The translations under genes were made by a program, and so were the position numbers. This document shows positions 1 to 10,539 of a DNA stretch of 64,000 bases, piece by piece; the first letter of the stretch is position 1; every line of letters starts with the position of its first letter. The stretch lies in assembly GCF_046119375.1 (NCBI RefSeq), contig NW_027362765.1, forward strand, positions 40,362,001-40,426,000, given 5' to 3'. The notes below the pieces were generated by a model, which worked only from the letters and a program-made list of their open reading frames with translations, had not been told where the DNA came from and made no database searches. The DNA is from Phyllobates terribilis. Taxonomy: Eukaryota.

Positions 1-74
1 CAAGCGTTTTTTAAGCGTTTCTGCGGTGGAATTGCCACCGAAGAAACACTTAAAAAACGCATAGTGTGCACACA

Positions 75-3000
75 GCCTTATAGCTCTCAGAATAAAGCGA
101 TGCAAAAATAATTATTTTTTCTACAAAATAGTTTTTATTGTCTAAAAAGCGCCAAAACATTAAAAAAAACTATATAAATGTGGTATCGCTGTAATCGTAC
201 TGACCCGAAGAATAAAGCTGCCTTATCAATTTTACCATATGCGGGACGGCATAAAAAAAAATCCAAAAAACAATTCCTTATATTTGCAGAAATATGGAAA
301 AATTATAGCTCTCAAAATATGGTGATGCAAGAACAAATTTTTGCAAAAATAAACGTCGTTTAGTGTGTGACAGCAGCCAAACATAAAAACCCGATATAAA
401 TCTGGTATCGCTGTAATCGCACCGACCCAAAGAATAAAGTCGTCTAATTATTATTTATCATTATAGCGCCATTTATTCCATGGCGCTTTACATGTGAAAA
501 AGGGGATATACATAGCAAAAACATTTACATAATCTTAACAAAACGAGTCAGTGACTGGTACAGGAGGAGAGAGGAACCTACCCGCGAGGGCTCACAATCT
601 ACAAGGGATGGGTGAGGATACAGTAGGTGGGGGTAGAGGTGGTCATGCAGCAATGTGGTGGAGCGGTGGTTACAGCAGGTTGTAGGCTTATCGGAAGAAG
701 TAGGTCTTCAGGTTTCTTTTGAAGGCTTCCACGGTTGGTGAGAATCTGATGTGTTGGGGTAGAGAGTTCCAGAATAGGGGGGATGCACGGCAGAAATCTT
801 GTATGCGATTGTGGGAAGAGGAAATATGAGGGGAGTAGAGCAGGAGATCTTGTGAGGATTGGAGGTTGCGTGCAGGTAGGTACCGGGAGACTAGATCACA
901 GATGTCTGGAGTAGACAGGTTGTGAATGGCTTTGTATGCCAAGGTTAGGGTTTTGAACTGGAGTCTCTGGGCAATGGAGAGCCAGTGAAGGGATTAACAG
1001 AGGGGAGAGGCCGGGGAATAGCGGGGGGACAGGTGGATTAGTCGAGCAGCAGAGTTTAGCATAGATTGGAGGGGCGCAAGAGTGTTGGAAGGGAGGCCAC
1101 AGAGCAGGAGGTTGCAGTAGTCGAGGCGGGAGCTGACGAGGGCATGCACAAGTGTTTTTGCAGAGTCTTTGCTGAGGAATGCGTGGATGCAGGAGATATT
1201 TTTGAGTTGGAGTCGGCAGGAAGTGGAAAGGGCTTGGATATGAGGTTTGAAGGAGAGATCAGAGTCCAGGGTCACCCCAAGGCAGCGAGCTTGTGGGACT
1301 GGGGAGAGTGAACAACCATTGACACTGATGGATAGCTCAGATGGGGGGGGGGGTGAATGAGATGGCGGAAAGATGATGAATTCTGTTTTATCCATGTTAA
1401 GTTTTAGAAATCTGGCAGAGAAGAAGGGTGAGATAGCAGACAGACATTGTGGGATTTTGGTTAGTAGGGAGGAGATATCGGGTCCAGAGAGGTAGATCTG
1501 TGTTTCATCAGCATAGAGGTGATACTGAAAGCCGTGAGACTCTATAAGCAGTCCCAGGCCAAAGGTGTAGATGGAGAAGAGCAGAGGTCCTAGAACTGAA
1601 CCTTGGGGGACACCGACAGATAGGGGGCGAGATGAGGAGGTGGTGCGTGAGTAGGAGACGCTGAATGTCCTGTCTGTTAAGTATGAGGAGATCCAAGATA
1701 GGGCCAAGTCCATGATGCCAAGAGATGAGAGAGTCTGTAGTATGAGGGAATGGTCAACTGTGTCGAAGGCAGACAACAGGTCCAGGAGGAGAAGGATGGA
1801 GTAGCGTCGCTAGGATTTGGCGGTTAGTAGGTCGTTGGTGACTTTGGTCAGGGAAGTTTCAGTCGAGTGATGCGGTCGGAAGCCAGATTGTAAGCAGTCG
1901 AAGAGGGAACATGAGGAGAGATAGGAGGACAGTTCAAGTTGGACATGTTGTTCTAGTAGTTTTGAGGCATAGGGGAGAAGTGATATTGGATCATAAAAAA
2001 AAGCTTTGATTCAATCCACAAAAAAAAAAGCAAGTTCCCACTCAGGTCCATCTGTTAACGGAAATATAGGGGGCTTCCACGTTACTTGTAGCACAAAGGC
2101 TCTGGAAAAGTGAAAAGGAAAAGCGAAGTTCGCAATTTTCATGCATACTCATGAGAAATTGCACAACAAATTTTGGGTTCCATTTTCTCCTGTTACCCTT
2201 GTGAAAATAAAAAAAATTGGTGATAAAACATTTTTGTGGGAAAAATTTGATTTTTTATTTTCACAACTCTACATTATAAACTTCTGTGAAGAACCTGGGG
2301 TTTCAAGGTGCTCACTACACATCTAGATAAGTTCCCTAAGGGGTCTAATATCCAAAATGGTGTCACTTATGGGGGGTTTCCATTGTTTAGGCATATCAAG
2401 GGTTCTACAAGCGCAACATGGTGTCCGCTAATTATTCCAGCAAATTTTGCATTCAAAAAGTCAAATGGCGCTCCTTTCCTTCCAAGCCCTGCTGTAAACC
2501 CAAACAGTAGTTTTCCTCCACATATAGGGTACTGGCATGCTCAGGAGAAATTGAAAAACACATTTTGGGGTTCATTTTCTCCTGGTACCATTGTGAAAAT
2601 AAAAAAATGGGTCTAAAGTAATATTTTTGTGAAAAAAAATTTAATGTTCATTTTTTTTTCTTATATATACCAAAAATTCTTGTGAAGCACCTAAAGGGTT
2701 AATAAACTTCTTGAATGTGGTTTTGAGCAACTTGAGGGGAGCAGTTTTTAGAATGGTGTCACTTTTGGGTATTTTCTGTCATATAGACCCTTCAAAGTCA
2801 CTTCAAATGTGATTTGGTCCCTAAAAATAATGGTTTTGTAAATTTTGTTGGAAAAATTATAAGCTTTTATCCCTTATAACTTCAAAACAAAAAAAATGTT
2901 TAAAAAATTCTGCTAATGTAAAGTAGACATGTGGAAAATGCTATTTATTAACTATTTTGTGTGACATATCTCTGATTTAAGGTCATATGAATTCAAACTT

Positions 3001-3204
3001 GAAAATTACTAAATTTTCACCAAATTTCCATTTTTTTCACAGATAAACGCAAGTCATATAGAAGATATTTTACCACTATCATGAAGTACAATATGTCACG
3101 AAAAAACAATATCAGAATCAGTGAGATCCATTGAAGCGTTGCAGAGTTATTACCTCAAAGTGACACTGGTCAGAATTGTAAAAATTGGCCTGGTCATTAA
3201 GGGG
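75..3204. mobile_element. Non-autonomous DNA transposon, piggyBac-like, interrupted by an L2
   Basis: AT-rich DNA with the repeated motif TGGTATCGCTGTAATCG..GACCC.AAGAATAAAG (about 181 and 402). It ends in ...GGCCTGGTCATTAAGGGG at 3204, a piggyBac-like terminus recognised from memory, but the expected TTAA is absent. No coding capacity. Confidence 0.4.
445..1985 (-). mobile_element. L2 LINE, 5'-truncated (RT C-terminal half and 3' end)
   Basis: ORF 994-1776(-) has RT motifs ([34 protein letters not shown]). ORF 688-942(-) is the typical L2 C-terminus. The 3' stem-loop AGCGCCAT/ATGGCGCT and AAT-rich tail lie at about 445-490. Confidence 0.93.
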
Positions 3205-3501
3205 CAGACAGCATTGTGGGTTAAAGATGCGTCTGAGTTTTGCAGTTTTGGTGCTTTTTTTCTCTAGAGGCTTCTATGTGGAGCCTAAAAAAATGCATGC
3301 AAATAACCACAGTTACTTTTTTAAGTGAAGAGTCAAAGCTTTTCTGTACTATAAAAAAACACTTAAAAGCTGCTTCAAATTCGCACCAAAACTGTATCAA
3401 TTAAGGGGGAAAATGCAGCAAAAATGCAGTAATCAGAGAAGATTGTTATTGCATAGTTCGGTGCGGACACCTGTAGAAAACAAAAAATGGAATTAGACTT
3501 G

Positions 3502-3717
3502 CAGGTAATTGCTTTTTAGGAAGCCTCTTCCAGGACAGCACAGTAGGAGTTTGCCTCCCACCCTAATAGGGACAGGAAACACAAAGAGGTTAAATAGCCC
3601 CTCTCTACCTCCTATCCTCAATGTTCTACATTTCTAAAAGACCACACAGTATGAATGCTCAAAATATATATTTAACGCCAAGGAATACATAATGAACGGA
3701 AGGGTGGGAATTACCTG
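3502..3717. mobile_element. Short DIRS-terminus-like remnant
   Basis: Bounded by the inverted 9-mer CAGGTAATT (3502-3510) / AATTACCTG (3709-3717). The internal CCAGGACAGCAC resembles CCATGACAGCAC at the DIRS terminus near 14200. Confidence 0.4.
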
Positions 3718-5552
3718 AGATGTCGTGGAGGGTTCCTTGAAAAGGTACTTGACAGGCTCGACGAGTATTTCCGGGTTGCTCGGGCGAGCGCTCTGGTCCC
3801 CGCCCTGTATGTTTAGCGCTCTTTAGAGAGCCAATGAACATGCAGGGATTACTTGCCAAGTACTGTAATTCCATAGCCATGTTGGTTGTGGGCATTACAG
3901 TGATTGGTCGCATAGTGTCATCAGGTCTATATAAGACCTGGCGCCGCTATGGTCGTCACCGTCTACCCCAGAACCAGGCAGAGTAGAGAGAGTAGCTGCT
4001 GAGTCAGGGAGAGATTTGCTTGTTTATAGTTAGTAAAAGTATTCCACAGCATATCGATATATACATCTAAACTAACAGTGCTTCTGAGGACTAATCCAGC
4101 TGCATATATTCAGTGGTGATAGCAGGAGTTAGGCAGGCAGGCAGTGTATGTGGCAGACTGCAGTGCTTATAGAGCAAGAGGGTCCATAGCACGTTCCTGC
4201 TGCTGCTGTTCTTACATATATTTGTAGACATAGCCCCATATATCAGGGGCCAGGGCAATTTTTTTTTTTATCTTAATCCTGGTTATTTGCTTAAAATGCA
4301 ATCCAGAGTACACAATTTTTCTGCTCCATTTGCTTGTTAGCACTGCAGAATATAGCCAGATCTGTTCCATATTTCAGCAATAAAAATCAAGAAATTTGAA
4401 CCGAACGTGGAAAATATTGGCCTCCTTTTCCATTCTGTTGCAGTGTATCAGTCAAGCTATTCACACTAGGTGTCTGTGAAGAATAGTATTAGTATATTAC
4501 AGGCCTGCTATTTAAAACCCTGGTTCTCTGTTAGACATATCACATAGAACAGCATTCCAAAATCAGCTATTTCTGCTTTCCATTTCGTTGCAGTGTGTCG
4601 GTCAAGCTATTCACACTAGGTCTCTGTGAAGAATAGTATTAGTAAACTACAGGCCTGCTATTTAAAACTGTGGTTCTTTGTCAGACGTATCACATATAAC
4701 TGCGTTCCAAAATCAGCCATTTCTCGTGAACGTGGAAAATATTGTCCTCCATTTAAAATGGGCAAGGTGCGTGGCAAGGGATAGGGAAGTGGACGTGATG
4801 CTGATGGTGCATGCAGAGGCCGAGGACAAGCTGAAATTGTCCCACAACAAACACCCACATCTTGTCGCTCGACCTTCCTGTCCCAATTACTAGGGGACCG
4901 TAGCACATGACTACTGAACCCAGAGCAGTGTCAAAAGGTTGTTGGTTGGATAGCAGATAATGCTTCCCGTCACTTTGCCACCAAAACCACCAACCTGTCT
5001 TCCACACGGTCAAGTCTCAGTAGCCGTGAGTCTGGACCGCATATTCCTCACCCTGATCCTCCTTCCTCCCACCATGCCGAGTGCCCGGAGACAACTGATC
5101 CCACACTTGGAAAACCAGGGGAGCTGTTCAGTTTTCCATTTGTAGAGTCAGGCCTCTCGCCCAGCCAGCTTCAAGCGAGTCAAGAGGAGAATGCATGTAG
5201 CGATGCCCAAACATTTGAGCAGCCACGGTCACTCGAAGGGAACGGTGGGAAAGTGCAATTACTGTCGCAAGAGGTGGATGATGATGATGATGATGATGAT
5301 GAGACACAATTGCCAGAAAGTAAGGATGAGGACCAGGGTAAGGAAGTGGAAGATGAGGTAGTGGATGATATAGTAACCGACCCAACCTGGCAGGGGGACA
5401 TACAGAGCGAGGATAGCAGCACACAGGGGGAGGGAACCATAGCACCACAACAGGCAGGAAGAGGCAGCATGGTGGCCACAGACAAAAGGTGGGAAAGCGT
5501 TCTCCGTAACGCCAACACGACAGAAGTTGCTAGTACAACTATTAGGTCTTGC

Positions 5553-5974
5553 TGTTAGAACCTTGCTGTTAGGTTTTTTTTCCTTTGCTGGTCACATGAC
5601 CTTGTTGGCCTATTTAATCCTGCTCCGCCCTTCTGGCTTTGCTGGACTTCATTGTATATCTACTTTCTAGCTAGCCTGTGCTCTGTATCTAACTCTGTTA
5701 GTTTGCTTGGTCTACGGACCTCTATGTTCTATCTATTTTGTTTGTTCGTCTGTCTGCTACTATTTCTGTTAGGAGGTGTCCCATATTCCTCCCAGTCCTT
5801 AGTACTTGTAGGGATTCCCTCCTCACATCTATAGGTCTCCGTACAGACTAGATTAGGACTTTAGCAGGTCTGATCGCAGGATCAGGTTCCCTGTTACATC
5901 GTAGGGATTCAGCTGAGTCTTATAGTAGGGACAGATCTCCTCTCTTTCCTTAGCTTTGGTAGCAGAACATAACA
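5553..5974 (+). repeat. Gypsy A 5' LTR (422 bp)
   Basis: Identical by eye to 10118-10539. TATA-like TATTTAA at 5611-5617. Confidence 0.97.
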
Positions 5975-5976
5975 GT

Positions 5977-5985
5977 AAGTCCAGC
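5977..5985 (+). promoter_or_regulatory. Gypsy A primer-binding site (self-priming type)
   Basis: AAGTCCAGC lies 2 nt after the LTR and is the exact reverse complement of GCTGGACTT at 5641-5649. No TGG tRNA-type PBS. Confidence 0.7.
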
Positions 5986-6036
5986 CTGCAAATTCTCTAA
6001 GGAAAGATTTTTATTTTTTTTTTTTTTTGTTCCATC

Positions 6037-6384
6037 ATGGTGTCGGTTCAGGATTTGGCTAAACACCTGCAGGGACTCTCTCTGGAAGTGGCCGAGCTCC
6101 GTCAGCACGTGAGTAACTGTCCTGGAGCATATTTCTTGGAGCCTAAGGTATGTTTGCCGGATTTATTTTTTGGTGAACATCGAGAATTTTTTTCATTTAA
6201 AAATGCTTGCTTATTGTATTTTCGTTTGAGACCCAAGTCCTCTGGGGATGAATCCCAGCGCGTAGGGTTCATAATGTCACTTTTGCGCAAAGAGCCTCAG
6301 GAGTGGGCCTTTTCTTTGCAACCTAGTGATACATGCTTCAGATCAGTGGATAGTTTTTTTTTCTGCTTTAGGACTATTATATGA
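6037..6384 (+). CDS. gag: Gypsy A Gag N-terminus, separated from the rest by a 1-nt frameshift in a T9 run
   Basis: EPKVCLPDLFFG...RVGFIMSLLRKEPQEWA is sushi-like Gag. With T8 instead of T9 at 6354-6362 it reads through as DSFFSALGLLYDDP into the next ORF. Confidence 0.85.
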   Translation: MVSVQDLAKHLQGLSLEVAELRQHVSNCPGAYFLEPKVCLPDLFFGEHREFFSFKNACLLYFRLRPKSSGDESQRVGFIMSLLRKEPQEWAFSLQPSDTCFRSVDSFFFCFRTII

Positions 6385-9300
6385 TGATCCTGACCGTGTG
6401 GCATCAGCTGAGACTGAGTTGAGACGTTTAAAACAAGGATCAGGTAATGTCGAAAAATATTGTACTCATTTTCGTCGTTGGTCCACTCAAACAGGGTGGA
6501 ACGATTCTGCTCTGAAAAGTCTATTTCTTGCTGGGCTCAGTGAAAGGGTTAAAGACCTGCTAATTGCTTATCCTACACCTGAGGATTTGCAACAGGCTAT
6601 GCAATTAGCTATACGGGTGGATAGAAGACTGCGTGCTAGGGTTAATGAGAGCAAATCCTCTGCTATGTCAGTTTCTGGTTATGATAATGTGTGTACTAAC
6701 AGTGGTGAACCGATGGAGATTGGATCGGTGGCACCTCGCTCTCAAGAAAAAGACCGTCGTTTTTCAGAAGGCTTGTGTTTCTATTGCGGAAAATCTGGTC
6801 ATTTGATTAAAGGCTGTGAGCTTCGTATGAAGAAAGAAAAAAAAATGGTCAGTCACGCCCGTATTGCCTGTTTAAATTCCAAGGGTATATTTTTAGCTGC
6901 TTCCACGATTGCTCAGGAAAAATTAATGGAATTTCGGGTGTTTGTTGATTGCGGGTCTACACTGAATGTAATTGATGGGGGATTCGTGGAAAAACTCAAT
7001 TTAAAACCTGAACCTTTATCATCCCCCATTGCTGTGGTTTCTGTGGATGGCTCCCCTTTGAAGAATATTACTCTCAAGGTCAGTGAATTTCCTCTCACTA
7101 TTAATGGTGTTCACCATGAGAAATTGGATTTGGTAGTGTTGAATAACTTGCCTTCTCCAGTAATATTGGGTTTGCCCTGGTTAAAATTTCACAATCCTGT
7201 ACTGGATTGGTCTACCAGTGAAATTAAATCCTGGAGCCATAAATGTTATGACAAGTGTTGTAACGGGCGTATTGCAGCTTTGGATAGGGGAGAATTGCCT
7301 GTTCCTATTCAGGATTTTTGGAGAGTTTTTTCTGAGAAGGAATCGCAGGTTTTGCCTCCCCATAGAGACTATGATTGTTCTATTGAATTTGTCCCTGGAG
7401 CGACTCTTCCTAAAAGTCGTTTATTTAACCTTACCATTCCTGAGAGGAAGGCTTTGGAGGAATACATACAGACAAGTTTGGCCGCCGGTCACATTAGGCC
7501 CTCTAAGTCTCCTGTGGCGGTTGGATTTTTTTTTGTAAAAAAAAAGGACGGCGGTTTACGTCCTTGTCTGGATTTTCGTGAGATTAACAAAATTACGGTA
7601 CGCAATCCTTACCCACTGCCATTGATTCCTGATCTGTTTAACCAGTTATTGGGGGCCAAGTGGTTCTCTAAAATTGACCTTAAGGGGGCATACAATCTGT
7701 TGCGCATGAAGGAGGGTGATGAATGGAAGACTGCTTTTAACACTCCTGTGGGTCATTTTGAGAATCTGGTTATGCCTTTTGGTCTTACTAATGCTCCTGC
7801 ATTTTTTCAGAATCTGATTAATGACATCCTTAGACCTTTGATCGGTAAAAATGTGGTTGTGTATTTGGATGACATTTTGATTTATTCGCCAGATCTGGAG
7901 TCTCATTGGCGGAGCGTGCGTGAGGTATTACAGTTATTAATGGACAATTCGCTTTTTGCTAAGCTGGAGAAATGTGAGTTCGCTGTACAGAGAATTAGTT
8001 TTTTGGGCTACATTATCTCCAGCAAAGGTTTTGAGATGGATCCGGTTAAGGTTCAGGCTGTGCAGGAATGGCCTAGGCCTATTGGTTTGAAATCGATACA
8101 GAGGTTTTTGGGTTTCGCCAATTACTACAGAAAATTCATTAAAATTTTTTCTAGTATTGTCAAACCTCTGACTGATCTCACCAGGAAAGGTGCTGATGCG
8201 GTTCAGTGGTCTTCTGAGGCCATTGAAGCTTTTGTGTATCTCAAGGAGAGGTTCACCTCTGCTCCCATCCTTATGCAGCCTGATGTTACTAGGCCGTTTT
8301 TGGTTGAGGTTGATGCTTCCTCTGTGGGGGTTGGCGCAGTATTGTCTCAGGATAACGGGGATGGATTACATCCCTGTGCCTTTTTTTCAAAAAAATTTTC
8401 GGAGACTGAACTGAATTACGATATTGGTAATCGGGAATTATTGGCTATTAAACTCGCATTTGAACACTGGCGCCACTTCTTGGAAGGTGCGGAATTTCCC
8501 GTTCAGGTTCTTACGGATCATAAAAATCTGATATATCTTGATGCTGCCAAGCGCCTGAATGCCCGTCAGGCTAGGTGGGCACTGTTTTTCTCGCGGTTTA
8601 ATTTCTCCGTTACTTACATCCCTGGTACTAAGAATGTTAAGGCGGATGCCTTGTCTCGCAGTTTTTCTCCCATAGTCGGTGCTGAGAAAGAGGAAAACAT
8701 TTTACAAGAAGGTGTTGTGATAGCTGCTTTAGACTCCGTTTTGGAAGATGAGATTCTTAAAGCTCAGGAGAATGCCCCATCTAACACTCCTCATGGGAGG
8801 TTGTTTGTGCCTGGGACCTTTAGGAGAGATTTGTTTGTTGAGTGTCATGAATCTCGGTTGGCAGGTCATCCCGGAATCTCTGAGACCAAGAGACTGGTGG
8901 GTCGCAGTTTTTGGTGGCCTGGATGGCAGAAGGAAGTCATTAAGTGGGTGCGCCAATGTACTATATGTGCTAGATCTAAGTCCTCACATACTCCTGCTGC
9001 GGGGTTGCTTTGTCCTTTGGAGGTCCCCAGTGCTCCTTGGACACATTTGGCTATGGACTTTATAACTGACCTTCCCTCCTCTGAGGGTTTTACTGTCATC
9101 TGGGTGGTCGTGGACCGTTTTAGCAAGATGTGTCACTTGGTTCCCTTCGTCAAACTGCCCTGCGCTAAAACTCTCGCTAAGGCCTTTGTCAAGGAAATTG
9201 TCAGACTTCATGGCGTTCCTACTGACATTGTTTCTGATAGGGGTCCTCAGTTCGTGGCTCGTTTTTGGCGTGCCTTTTGTGACAGGTTGGGAATTCATTT

Positions 9301-10105
9301 GTCGTTTTCGTCCGGATATCATCCTGAATCTAATGGCCAGACAGAAAGGAAAAACCAGGATGTTGAGCAGTTCTTGCGTTGTTTTGTGGCAGACAATCAA
9401 GAGGGGTGGTCTGAGTTTCTGCCACTTGCCGAATTTGCTCTGAACAATCATACATCTTCTTCTGCTGGTTGTTCGCCTTTTTTTTGTTGTTCTGGGAGAC
9501 ATCCGTCGTTTGGGTCGTTCTCCAAGTTGGGATCTGCTGTGCCTGAAGAGGAGAATTTTTCCGGTGATTTGGAAAGAGTTTGGACGGATGTGCGTGGTAA
9601 TCTTCAGGAGGCCAACAGAAAATCTAAAGACTACTTTGATAGGAAACGACAGGAGGTTTTGTTCGCTGTTGGTGACATGGTTTGGTTGTCCTCTAGGAAT
9701 CTGCGGTTGAGGATTCCTTCTAAGAAATTGGGTCCCAAGTTTGTAGGGCCCTTTAAGGTGCTTCAGGTTGTCAACCAATCTGCTGTTAGGTTGGAGGTTC
9801 CTACCTCCTGGAGAATTAATCCGGTCTTTCATGTCTCTCTGTTAAAAAAAGCTGTTGTGTCGGATGGTGACGCCTCTGCCTCTGTTCCTCCGGTGGTGGA
9901 GGACGGGGAATATGAAATTTCTCGCATCCTTGACTCTAGACGGTATAGAGGTAGTTTGCAGTATCTTGTGGCCTGGAAAGGTTTCGGACCCGAGGATAAC
10001 TCTTGGGTGAGGTCAGATGATGTTTCCGCGTCCAGACTTATCAGAGCGTTTCACAGGAGATTTCCTGATAAGCCTGGTCCTAGGGGATCCGGAGGATCCT
10101 CTTAG
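6326..10105 (+). CDS. pol: Gypsy A Gag-Pol polyprotein (Gag C-terminus, zinc knuckle, protease, RT, RNase H, integrase, chromodomain)
   Basis: 1259-aa ORF with CFYCGKSGHLIKGC, VDCGS protease motif, MPFGL/YLDD, DASSVG..ELLA, H-H-C-C zinc finger, MDF..SDRG..E integrase core, GPF motif and chromodomain YEISRILD..YLVAWKGFGPEDNSW. Confidence 0.97.
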   Translation: MIHASDQWIVFFSALGLLYDDPDRVASAETELRRLKQGSGNVEKYCTHFRRWSTQTGWNDSALKSLFLAGLSERVKDLLIAYPTPEDLQQAMQLAIRVDRRLRARVNESKSSAMSVSGYDNVCTNSGEPMEIGSVAPRSQEKDRRFSEGLCFYCGKSGHLIKGCELRMKKEKKMVSHARIACLNSKGIFLAASTIAQEKLMEFRVFVDCGSTLNVIDGGFVEKLNLKPEPLSSPIAVVSVDGSPLKNITLKVSEFPLTINGVHHEKLDLVVLNNLPSPVILGLPWLKFHNPVLDWSTSEIKSWSHKCYDKCCNGRIAALDRGELPVPIQDFWRVFSEKESQVLPPHRDYDCSIEFVPGATLPKSRLFNLTIPERKALEEYIQTSLAAGHIRPSKSPVAVGFFFVKKKDGGLRPCLDFREINKITVRNPYPLPLIPDLFNQLLGAKWFSKIDLKGAYNLLRMKEGDEWKTAFNTPVGHFENLVMPFGLTNAPAFFQNLINDILRPLIGKNVVVYLDDILIYSPDLESHWRSVREVLQLLMDNSLFAKLEKCEFAVQRISFLGYIISSKGFEMDPVKVQAVQEWPRPIGLKSIQRFLGFANYYRKFIKIFSSIVKPLTDLTRKGADAVQWSSEAIEAFVYLKERFTSAPILMQPDVTRPFLVEVDASSVGVGAVLSQDNGDGLHPCAFFSKKFSETELNYDIGNRELLAIKLAFEHWRHFLEGAEFPVQVLTDHKNLIYLDAAKRLNARQARWALFFSRFNFSVTYIPGTKNVKADALSRSFSPIVGAEKEENILQEGVVIAALDSVLEDEILKAQENAPSNTPHGRLFVPGTFRRDLFVECHESRLAGHPGISETKRLVGRSFWWPGWQKEVIKWVRQCTICARSKSSHTPAAGLLCPLEVPSAPWTHLAMDFITDLPSSEGFTVIWVVVDRFSKMCHLVPFVKLPCAKTLAKAFVKEIVRLHGVPTDIVSDRGPQFVARFWRAFCDRLGIHLSFSSGYHPESNGQTERKNQDVEQFLRCFVADNQEGWSEFLPLAEFALNNHTSSSAGCSPFFCCSGRHPSFGSFSKLGSAVPEEENFSGDLERVWTDVRGNLQEANRKSKDYFDRKRQEVLFAVGDMVWLSSRNLRLRIPSKKLGPKFVGPFKVLQVVNQSAVRLEVPTSWRINPVFHVSLLKKAVVSDGDASASVPPVVEDGEYEISRILDSRRYRGSLQYLVAWKGFGPEDNSWVRSDDVSASRLIRAFHRRFPDKPGPRGSGGSS

Positions 10106-10117
10106 AAGGGGGGGTAC

Positions 10118-10539
10118 TGTTAGAACCTTGCTGTTAGGTTTTTTTTCCTTTGCTGGTCACATGACCTTGTTGGCCTATTTAATCCTGCTCCGCCCTTCTG
10201 GCTTTGCTGGACTTCATTGTATATCTACTTTCTAGCTAGCCTGTGCTCTGTATCTAACTCTGTTAGTTTGCTTGGTCTACGGACCTCTATGTTCTATCTA
10301 TTTTGTTTGTTCGTCTGTCTGCTACTATTTCTGTTAGGAGGTGTCCCATATTCCTCCCAGTCCTTAGTACTTGTAGGGATTCCCTCCTCACATCTATAGG
10401 TCTCCGTACAGACTAGATTAGGACTTTAGCAGGTCTGATCGCAGGATCAGGTTCCCTGTTACATCGTAGGGATTCAGCTGAGTCTTATAGTAGGGACAGA
10501 TCTCCTCTCTTTCCTTAGCTTTGGTAGCAGAACATAACA
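10118..10539 (+). repeat. Gypsy A 3' LTR (422 bp)
   Basis: Follows the PPT. The ORF track gives the same 60-aa translation in both LTRs. Confidence 0.97.

Larger units (their letters stand above)
5553..10539 (+). mobile_element. Gypsy A: full-length chromodomain Ty3/Gypsy LTR retrotransposon (Tf1/sushi-like)
   Basis: TG...CA LTRs and a 5-bp TSD CTTGC (5548-5552 / 10540-10544). PPT at 10104-10114. Domain order gag-PR-RT-RH-IN-chromo. Confidence 0.98.

Noticed and set aside
5253-5558. Acidic 101-aa ORF as an independent gene
   Set aside because: It is part of the hAT transposase N-terminus, cut off by the Gypsy LTR.
8984-9832. 282-aa antisense ORF in the Gypsy A integrase
   Set aside because: No recognisable motifs; most simply a shadow ORF caused by the compositional bias.
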